This document shows positions 7,896 through 14,374 of a stretch of DNA of 42,076 bases, one piece after another; the first letter of the stretch is position 1, and the number at the start of each line of letters is the position of its first letter. This stretch comes from Candidatus Altiarchaeota archaeon (lineage in GTDB: Archaea > Altiarchaeota > Altiarchaeia > IMC4 > SCGC-AAA252-I15): the NCBI GenBank assembly GCA_043800255.1, contig JAZDNF010000015.1, forward strand, positions 1 through 42,076, written 5' to 3'. The notes below the pieces were generated by a model, which saw only the letters and a program-made list of their open reading frames with translations, searched no databases and was not told the origin of the DNA. The position numbers and the translations under genes are program-made.

Positions 7896-8723
7896 TTAAT
7901 TCTGCCTAATAAAAATCTCTCCTTTTGATATCTGCTCCGTCTTTTTGCCGTTGCTGGCCTGGTTGTAATACACTCTTACGCTGAGGCGCCTTTCGCCTCC
8001 CTGATAACCCAGGTTCGAGCATCCGTTGGCTGATATCGTGAAGTTCCTAGCCTGTTCTTCCAGAAGGATGGGCTGTCCCTCCACAAGCCTCCCGTTCACT
8101 CTCTTGCTCCCGCTGCAGGATGCTAGGGTGTCTGGGTTTGAAATCCAGACGCCATAGACTTCGATGGGTGAGGCAGGCTTCGTGAAAACGCACTCAAAGT
8201 AGTCCTCCTGGAGAGCGCATTTTGTCTTGACCGGCTCCAATACGCTGAAGCCTGCTGCTGTGACAGTGTACTGCTCCTGCGTCGGCAGCCTTAGTACTGA
8301 GAAATAAAAGGATATGGCGAGGATGATAATGAATATCACAATCATGCTGACTCTGGTCACCTTCGGGGCCTGCCCCTCAGGCAGGAGGAGTTTAAGGTCC
8401 TTTGATGCGTCGTCTATCTTTTTAAGGCGCGCCTCAAGGTCGAACATCCTCTCCTGAAGTCCCCTCTGGCTTTCGCTGTACTCCTCGTCGTCCACAAGCT
8501 TTGAAGCGTGCTTTTCCTCGAGGTCTGACAGGGAAAAGACAAGCCCCTCGCGTTCCCTGTTCAGCTCCTCCCTCCTGAGCAGCAGAAGCCGGGTTATGTT
8601 GTCCGTTATGCTCTGGCTTTTCACGGAGAACTCTTTCTCCGTTACCCTGCCCTTTGCCCTCTTCTTATCGAGTTTGCTGTACTCGTCAAGCGATTTTTTT
8701 ATCTCCTTTGTGTAATCTTCCAT
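7896..8723 (-). CDS. Membrane-anchored protein: N-terminal coiled coil, TM helix, Cys-containing C-terminal domain
   Basis: Charged heptad-like N-half with two SHOCT-like segments, TM VSMIVIFIIILAISFYFSVL, beta-rich C-terminus with 4 Cys. Confidence 0.7.
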   Translation of the reverse strand: MEDYTKEIKKSLDEYSKLDKKRAKGRVTEKEFSVKSQSITDNITRLLLLRREELNREREGLVFSLSDLEEKHASKLVDDEEYSESQRGLQERMFDLEARLKKIDDASKDLKLLLPEGQAPKVTRVSMIVIFIIILAISFYFSVLRLPTQEQYTVTAAGFSVLEPVKTKCALQEDYFECVFTKPASPIEVYGVWISNPDTLASCSGSKRVNGRLVEGQPILLEEQARNFTISANGCSNLGYQGGERRLSVRVYYNQASNGKKTEQISKGEIFIRQN

Positions 8724-8742
8724 CTTGCTGTTAACGATGTTG

Positions 8743-9249
8743 TCAGAAGACGTCGATGATGTCCCCTATCCTATAATATTTGTGCCCGTGGAGTATCAGC
8801 GGTTTTTTCGATTCAATGCTATGCAGTTTCAAAACCCTGCCGACGAGGATGGAATGGTCTCCGGCAGTGAAATTGTGCTCCAGCTTGCATTCCATGTTCG
8901 CGACGCAGCCCTTTATCAGCTGGGCTTTTATCCTCTCGCCTGCGAATGTCTCGATTTTGAACGCTGAGAACTTGTCCGTATCCCTGCCTGACAGGCTCCC
9001 CAGCGTCTTAGATATCTGCATCTGGTCCTCGGCCAGCAGGTTGAGGCCGAATTCCCCGCTCGATACTATCATGTCATGGGTGAACCTGCCTGGTGAGATG
9101 TTCACGAGAATCAAGGTTGGGTTGAACGAGACCGGACTGCACCATGTCGCAGGCATGGCGTTCTCCTTGCCCTTAGAAGAGGCTGTGACAATGGTCACAG
9201 TCTGCGCGAAATACCTTGAAGTCTTTGAGACATCTGACATTATTACCAC
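8743..9249 (-). CDS. Flavin reductase-like FMN-binding protein
   Basis: NAMPATWCSPVSFNP, GSLSGRDTDKF, GDHSILVGRV. Confidence 0.9.
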   Translation of the reverse strand: MVIMSDVSKTSRYFAQTVTIVTASSKGKENAMPATWCSPVSFNPTLILVNISPGRFTHDMIVSSGEFGLNLLAEDQMQISKTLGSLSGRDTDKFSAFKIETFAGERIKAQLIKGCVANMECKLEHNFTAGDHSILVGRVLKLHSIESKKPLILHGHKYYRIGDIIDVF

Positions 9250-9266
9250 TGCTCTAATCTATAACT

Positions 9267-9638
9267 ATGAAAGTCGCGGAGATAAAAAAGGAGATTTCTG
9301 CGTTTGCCGAGTCTAAAGGCCTCACAGCAGTCCAGGAGTACAGTACGGACGACGGGACTAGGATAGATCTCGCGATCTTGGGCTCAGAAGGCAAGCTACT
9401 GGCTGTCGAGTTCGAGAGCACGTACAAGTGGATACACCAGAGGCTGCTTTACAACTGCGTTAAAGTCCACAGGGGAGGCTTCGACAAGGTATTATTCGTC
9501 TATCCTTTCAGTGCGAAAGGCATTGATAGCTCATGGATCATGAAGTTCGCAAGAGATGGGTTGCGGCTTGATGTCCGGGTCGTCAAGCCTTCAGAGGCCC
9601 TGGCGGAGGTCTCAAGACTGCTTTCTCCTGCAGGTTAG
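9267..9638 (+). CDS. Hypothetical protein, PD-(D/E)XK nuclease-like fold
   Basis: QEY...RIDLAI...LAVEFES pattern (E, D, ExE). Confidence 0.55.
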   Translation: MKVAEIKKEISAFAESKGLTAVQEYSTDDGTRIDLAILGSEGKLLAVEFESTYKWIHQRLLYNCVKVHRGGFDKVLFVYPFSAKGIDSSWIMKFARDGLRLDVRVVKPSEALAEVSRLLSPAG

Positions 9639-9800
9639 GTACTCCTTGCATTCGCTGCAAACTCGTCTGCCGTCCACGACCCATAAGAGCATCTTATCCT
9701 TGCCGCATGAGACGCACAGGGACTTCATGGGGGTACTCTCCCTTCGGATTCTGTCCCTGGGCTTTTCAAAGCCGTGCTCTGTGAGCCTGGACTGTTTCAT
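9612..9800 (-). CDS. Small zinc-ribbon protein, 62 aa
   Basis: MKQSRLTEHGF...CVSCGK...CSEC. ATG at 9800 with AT-rich TATA-like sequence upstream; it is the 3' part of the listed 9612..9914 ORF. Confidence 0.6.
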   Translation of the reverse strand: MKQSRLTEHGFEKPRDRIRRESTPMKSLCVSCGKDKMLLWVVDGRRVCSECKEYLTCRRKQS

Positions 9801-9868
9801 AGCCGTAAGTATTTGATAGGAGAGTGATATATACTTGCCTGCGATATCACAATACGGTGCAGTGAAGC

Positions 9869-10129
9869 CTAGCCGCTTCTGAATATTCCCAGCTTCCGCC
9901 CCGCGTCGAACCATCCTTCAGCATACTCCAATGCGGCCAGGGCGTTGGCGTACTCTCCCTTCTCATAGAAGTGTTTAGCGTCATCGTAGTAGCATGAGAC
10001 GGCCTTCACGAAATCGTCTGCGAAGTCTTTAACGTTGACTGTCGCATCGCCTGTGATTTCGAGCTTCTCAAGGCGCGGGCCTGCCTTCTTCAGGTACAGG
10101 TCAACCTTCGCCTTCATGTCAGACGTCAT
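9869..10129 (-). CDS. DUF357 family protein
   Basis: YYDDAKHFYEKG...ALAALEYAEGWFDAG..LG signature. Start 10129 or 10117. Confidence 0.85.
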   Translation of the reverse strand: MTSDMKAKVDLYLKKAGPRLEKLEITGDATVNVKDFADDFVKAVSCYYDDAKHFYEKGEYANALAALEYAEGWFDAGRKLGIFRSG

Positions 10130-10424
10130 CTCTGCGCCGGTCGTGGAGGGTCTCCTCCTCTTCGACCATCTTCTTGCCGACAACGACCTCGTCTATGCTA
10201 TGTATAGTCCCGCTAGAACTGGATATCATCTTTTTTATCTTGTCCATGTCGGTGAAGTTGCCCTCTATTGTAACCTTCACGTTCTCCACCTTCTTGTCCA
10301 TCTCGTAGACGCTGATGTTGACGCCGTCAATTCCCGGTATGGTCGAGATGTTCTTTGCGAACGATACGATGTCCGGGTCGTGGGGTTTCAGCACGTCCAA
10401 CACGACTTTTCTTATTTCGATCAT
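10119..10424 (-). CDS. DUF211 family protein
   Basis: IRKVVLDVLKPHDP...GVNI...IEG...IHSIDEVVVG. Confidence 0.88.
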   Translation of the reverse strand: MIEIRKVVLDVLKPHDPDIVSFAKNISTIPGIDGVNISVYEMDKKVENVKVTIEGNFTDMDKIKKMISSSSGTIHSIDEVVVGKKMVEEEETLHDRRRDDV

Positions 10425-10459
10425 CTTCGGATTACTATGTGATACAGTATTAAAATAGC

Positions 10460-10678
10460 CTATCTTCGCAGAACGATGATGTAGCCTCTCATCTCGCCTG
10501 ATGAGGCGCCGGTCTGGCTCTTCAGTTTTTCGAAGATGTCCTTCCTATCCTCCGTTCTCGCCGATTTCAGTATCCTTATCCTGACGCTCTTGTGCTTTTT
10601 CAGCATGAACCCGATCTCGGTCAGAACGCCCTCACTCAAACCAGACTTCCCAATCTGCAACTCCTTATGCTCTTTCAT
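10460..10678 (-). CDS. YhbY/CRM-domain RNA-binding protein
   Basis: LQIGKSGL.EGVL.EI..MLKKHK.VRIRILKSA...RG..IVL; located after rnp4. Confidence 0.85.
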   Translation of the reverse strand: MKEHKELQIGKSGLSEGVLTEIGFMLKKHKSVRIRILKSARTEDRKDIFEKLKSQTGASSGEMRGYIIVLRR

Positions 10679-11007
10679 TTTTTTATCGGATAATACATTC
10701 TCTTACCGCAGCTCAGGCATTCCACAACGACTCTCCTCTCCTTGGAGTGTATCCTCGTCCTTGAGGTGACGCCCGGCTTCAGGAAGCCGTAGCAGCCCTT
10801 GCACATCATCCTCTTCAGGCTCCGGCTTATCGGCTCGTTGTGTTTCATGCTGATATCCCTAGCCTTCATAAGATACCTGTTGGCCAAACTCATGCTACTC
10901 TTGGAAGCTTCTTCCGCGCGCTCGAACAATATGCCAATCCTCTCCCTTGCTATGTCCTTCTGTTTCCTCTTCTCCTGCTTTATCGAGTGCCTTGCCATCC
11001 TTATCAC
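10675..11007 (-). CDS. rnp4: Ribonuclease P protein subunit Rpp21
   Basis: IARERI..LF, ANRY, KRMMCKGC..L.PG...R.R, CLSCG zinc ribbon. Confidence 0.93.
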   Translation of the reverse strand: MIRMARHSIKQEKRKQKDIARERIGILFERAEEASKSSMSLANRYLMKARDISMKHNEPISRSLKRMMCKGCYGFLKPGVTSRTRIHSKERRVVVECLSCGKRMYYPIKK

Positions 11008-12044
11008 GCCGTCAGCCTGACAGCATTATCCTTCTTCAAGAGGACAGTGTCCTCAAACCTCACGCCCATCCTGCCTGGCAGGTAGATGCCTGGCTCTATC
11101 GTAAGCACCATGCCCTCTTTGAGCGTTTCCGAGGATTCGGGGCCCATGTCAGGCGCCTCGTGTACGTCAAGCCCAATACCATGGCCGCTCGCGTGATGGA
11201 ATCTGTAGCCTTCCCTCTCTATCCTAGTCTGCACGAATTCATGCGCTTCCCCGCCTGTAAGACCTGGCTCCAGATAGTCTATGGCCTCGTCCTCGAGGTT
11301 GCTCACGAACTCCAGAAGCCTCAGTTGCATTCTAGTGCACCTGCCAACCTTCACAGTCCTCGTCATGTCAGAATAGTAGTTCCTCCACTTCGCGCCCAAA
11401 TCCACCACAACAAGGCCGTCACCTATCTTCCGGCCTGTCGGCCTAATATGGATGTCGGCAGCGTTCTTGCCGTAGGCCAGTATCATGCCCTCGTCGAAGG
11501 GGGCGCTCTCAGAGCCCAACAACCTCATCTTGTACTCGACAGACGCCGCAGCCTCGCGCTCGCTCACGCCCCTCCTAATCCTCCTGGCCGCATCCGCCAT
11601 GCCTTCTACGGCAATCTGAGACGACTTCCTTATGCATCTGATCTCATAGTCTGTCTTAACCGCCCTGCACTCCCTCATGATGTCCACTGCCATAAGCTTC
11701 CTCTTGAACTTCCTGGACAGGCGCCTGCTTCTCAGAACGCTCATATCCTCAATGCCGACCTCCTTGCAGTCCAGAGACCTGACGTGTTTGACAAGCTCAT
11801 CCCTGCCAGCTTTCCTGACTCTGAACGGCAGGTTCATCTCGTAGAATCTGCTGTAGAGCTCATAGTATATGTCCCTCACCCACAAGGTCGCTCCACCGTC
11901 GCCGATTAGGACGCTCCCCGTGTCTTTGCCAGTGAGATAGTAGACGTTCTTCGGAGTTGAGACTAAAAAAAAATCCAGTCCCAACTCGTTCAACCGACTC
12001 CTGACACGATTCAACCTTAGTTTGAATTCTGACTTCAGTTCCAT
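11004..12044 (-). CDS. Xaa-Pro aminopeptidase/prolidase (M24B)
   Basis: Creatinase-like N-domain (NVYYLTG), DLGA, YYSDMTRT, GHGIGLDVHE, TIEPGIY, VRFEDTV. Likely start ATG 12044 rather than 12092. Confidence 0.92.
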   Translation of the reverse strand: MELKSEFKLRLNRVRSRLNELGLDFFLVSTPKNVYYLTGKDTGSVLIGDGGATLWVRDIYYELYSRFYEMNLPFRVRKAGRDELVKHVRSLDCKEVGIEDMSVLRSRRLSRKFKRKLMAVDIMRECRAVKTDYEIRCIRKSSQIAVEGMADAARRIRRGVSEREAAASVEYKMRLLGSESAPFDEGMILAYGKNAADIHIRPTGRKIGDGLVVVDLGAKWRNYYSDMTRTVKVGRCTRMQLRLLEFVSNLEDEAIDYLEPGLTGGEAHEFVQTRIEREGYRFHHASGHGIGLDVHEAPDMGPESSETLKEGMVLTIEPGIYLPGRMGVRFEDTVLLKKDNAVRLTA

Positions 12045-12121
12045 CTGAGTGTAACTTCTTAACAACATAACGTATTTAAAGAGTTCAAACACATTAGTAA
12101 CATACTTTTTTGGTGATTGTT

Positions 12122-12328
12122 ATGAAACCACTTGACAGCTTGGGAAGTCTTCTGGACACTGAGGTTATGGTGCGCCTGAAAAATGGCATGGAAATAACCG
12201 GAAAACTTAAATCCTTTGACATACACATCAACCTCGTCCTGGAAGACGCCGTCATAAAGGAGAACGAAATAGATAGGAAATTCAGGAGCCTGTTTCTGAG
12301 AGGCGACATGATACTGTTCGTATCCTAG
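12122..12328 (+). CDS. Sm-like archaeal protein (SmAP/Lsm)
   Basis: KPLD.L..., GKLKSFDIHINLVLEDA, LFLRGD; upstream of L37e as is typical. Confidence 0.95.
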   Translation: MKPLDSLGSLLDTEVMVRLKNGMEITGKLKSFDIHINLVLEDAVIKENEIDRKFRSLFLRGDMILFVS

Positions 12329-12357
12329 ACGGCAATAAAACCTAATCCTCCGACAAA

Positions 12358-12504
12358 ATGGCAAAGGGAACACCATCAATGGGAAAGCGGGGAAAAGTAA
12401 AAACCCACAAAAGATGTCCCAGATGCGGGAAATTCTCCCTCCACAGAAGACATAAAATCTGTGCCTCCTGCGGCTACGGGCGCAGCAAGAAGAGAAGGAA
12501 CTGA
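12358..12504 (+). CDS. rpl37e: 50S ribosomal protein L37e (not in ORF track)
   Basis: [48 protein letters not shown]. Confidence 0.97.
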   Translation: MAKGTPSMGKRGKVKTHKRCPRCGKFSLHRRHKICASCGYGRSKKRRN

Positions 12505-12523
12505 CGCCGCAGACGACCGTCTG

Positions 12524-12536
12524 GAAAGATATAAAG
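12524..12536 (+). promoter_or_regulatory. BRE/TATA promoter of tRNA gene
   Basis: GAAAG-ATATAAAG about 30 nt upstream of the tRNA 5' end. Confidence 0.6.
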
Positions 12537-12564
12537 GATCACTACCAATATTCTTCCCACCGGC

Positions 12565-12710
12565 GGGCCTGTAGTCTAGCCCGGTTATGACGTCCGCTTG
12601 ACGGAGCCCCTTTCTTTTAAAAAAGAAAGGTGCTGCACCCCCAAAGAAAATCTTGGGATGATGAGGCTTCAAAATGCGGGAGATCCCCGGTTCGAATCCG
12701 GGCAGGCCCA
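12565..12710 (+). tRNA. tRNA-Val(GAC) with 71-nt intron at canonical 37/38 (12604-12674)
   Basis: Acceptor GGGCCTG/CAGGCCC+A; T arm CCCGG-TTCGAAT-CCGGG; anticodon stem TCCGC/GCGGG with spliced loop TT-GAC-G-T. BHB: central helix TTGA/TCAA, 3-nt bulges CG|G and AA|T, flanking AGCC/GGCT. No encoded CCA. Confidence 0.93.
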
Positions 12711-12731
12711 AAACCTTTTAATAAAAGGTTT
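12711..12731. repeat. Perfect inverted repeat immediately 3' of tRNA (terminator-like or REP-like)
   Basis: AAACCTTTTA-A-TAAAAGGTTT. Confidence 0.6.
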
Positions 12732-12741
12732 ATCAAAACAT

Positions 12742-12881
12742 GAGCCACATGCGCCACAGCCGACCTTTGGTCGGGTGTGTCCAAGCGATTGTATTACAAT
12801 CGCTGGAGCCGAAATTGCGGAGCAATTTCGTGCTGTCTGACCCGAGGTCAGCCACATAGTTTTCGGCTCGCTTAGTGGCTC
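12742..12881. other. Multi-hairpin structured intergenic element (ncRNA or MITE/REP-like)
   Basis: Outer GAGCCAC/GTGGCTC closing four perfect hairpins: 12760-12774, 12784-12804, 12810-12830, 12837-12851. Confidence 0.6.
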
Positions 12882-12900
12882 CTAATAAAACAAGAGCAGA

Positions 12901-14034
12901 ATGGAATTCGCGAGGAGGATGTTGAAGGTTACGCCGTCGGCGACGTTCAAGTACTCGGCGCTGGCGAAAAAGCCGGGAATCATTAACCTGACGATAGGCC
13001 GGCCTGATTTTTCGACACCGACTGTCATAAAGGAGGCTGCGAAGAAGGCTTTGGACGAGGACAAGGTGCACTATACTCCTACGAGGGGCATACCAGAGCT
13101 CAGGGAGAAGATAGCGCTCAAGCTTGAAAAGGAGAACAAGATAGTTGGCTTGGACAAGGACCGCATTCTCGTGGGCGGGGGCGCGAAGTCGATACTGTTC
13201 CAGGCCATACTGGCTGTCATAGACAAAGGCGACGTGTTCGCCCTTCCAGACCCGTCATGGGTCTCCTATGAGAGCATGATATACTTAGCTGAGGGCGACA
13301 TACACTGGCTGCCGCTGAAGCCTGAGAACGGTTTCATACCTGACGATGATTTTCTAGCGGAATTGGAGAACTCCAAGGCGAAGTTCACTCTGCTGAATTC
13401 CCCTAACAACCCCACCGGCGCAGCATACCCCCAGAAGATAATCGACCGGATAGTGGACATATGCGAGAGAAAGGACATGTGGCTGATATCGGACGAACCC
13501 TACGAGCTGTTCCAGTATGAGGGCAGGCATTACAGCCCAGGCAGCAGGTACGAGAAGACAATAACGGTGAACGCATTCTCTAAGACGTATTCGATGACCG
13601 GCTGGCGGATAGGCTATGCAGCCTGCAAGGACAAGGAGATCATCGACCGGATGGCTCTGGTGCAGGAGCAGTCGCTGTCTTGTCCCACGTCGTTCGCACA
13701 GTACGGCTCACTCGCAGCATTCACCAAGGAGGCTAATGATGCCGCCAGAAAGATGGCCGAGGAGTTCAAGAAGAGGAGAGACTACTGCATGAAGATGATG
13801 GAAAAAATCAACGCATTGTGCGTGAAACCCTCAGGGGCATTCTACCTGTTCCCCTACTTCAAGGGGGAGGATGACATGAAGCTCGCTGAGAAACTCCTTG
13901 AGAAGGGACTTGGCGTCATACCTGGCAGCCCCTTCGGCTCGAAAGGCAACGGTTGCATCAGGATAAGTTACGGGAGCGCCAGCAGGGAGAAGCTTGAGAA
14001 TGCGTTCGACATACTAAAAGAGGTGACAGGATAA
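12901..14034 (+). CDS. Class I/II PLP aminotransferase (aspartate aminotransferase-like)
   Basis: IGRPDF.TP, YTPTRGIPELR, NSPNNPTG, ISDEPY, FSKTYSMTGWRIG, GAFY. Confidence 0.93.
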   Translation: MEFARRMLKVTPSATFKYSALAKKPGIINLTIGRPDFSTPTVIKEAAKKALDEDKVHYTPTRGIPELREKIALKLEKENKIVGLDKDRILVGGGAKSILFQAILAVIDKGDVFALPDPSWVSYESMIYLAEGDIHWLPLKPENGFIPDDDFLAELENSKAKFTLLNSPNNPTGAAYPQKIIDRIVDICERKDMWLISDEPYELFQYEGRHYSPGSRYEKTITVNAFSKTYSMTGWRIGYAACKDKEIIDRMALVQEQSLSCPTSFAQYGSLAAFTKEANDAARKMAEEFKKRRDYCMKMMEKINALCVKPSGAFYLFPYFKGEDDMKLAEKLLEKGLGVIPGSPFGSKGNGCIRISYGSASREKLENAFDILKEVTG

Positions 14035-14035
14035 T

Positions 14036-14353
14036 ATGACCGTGAGCCTCTTAGACGATCAGGGATTCCAGAAGTTCGTGGAAGACCACGATGTAGTCCT
14101 GGTGGACTTGTGGGCTGAATGGTGCGGGCCCTGCAGGAGCATCGCTCCTGTGATAGATGAGCTGTCTGAGGCTTACGCAGGAAAGGTCGCCTTTGGCAAG
14201 CTGAATATTGACGAGAACAAGAAGATACCCTCCAAATATGGCGTGATGAGCATCCCCACCCTGCTGATATTCAAAGACGGAGAACTTGCTGACAGGATAG
14301 TAGGGTTCATACCAAAGGACAAGATAGCCTCGAAACTGGAGAAATACTTATAA
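14036..14353 (+). CDS. trxA: Thioredoxin
   Basis: WAEWCGPC, VMSIPTLLIFKDG. Confidence 0.96.
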   Translation: MTVSLLDDQGFQKFVEDHDVVLVDLWAEWCGPCRSIAPVIDELSEAYAGKVAFGKLNIDENKKIPSKYGVMSIPTLLIFKDGELADRIVGFIPKDKIASKLEKYL

Positions 14354-14374
14354 CCCTATCGACTATAGTTTTAC

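Noticed and set aside
10947-11909. 320-aa plus-strand ORF and the many other antisense ORFs in the track
   Set aside because: Shadow frames opposite well-supported genes, with no recognisable motifs.
12604-12674. Complete C/D box guide RNA in the tRNA intron
   Set aside because: A box C match is present, but there is no CTGA box D (only CTGC).
12742-12881. SRP RNA or RNase P RNA
   Set aside because: Too short, and it lacks the SRP helix 8 and RNase P GAGGAAAGUCC signatures.
12376-13071. Listed ORFs over the tRNA and structured element (12376..12711, 12598..12840, 12669..12857, 12733..13071)
   Set aside because: They overlap L37e, the tRNA or the aminotransferase and have no protein-like motifs.
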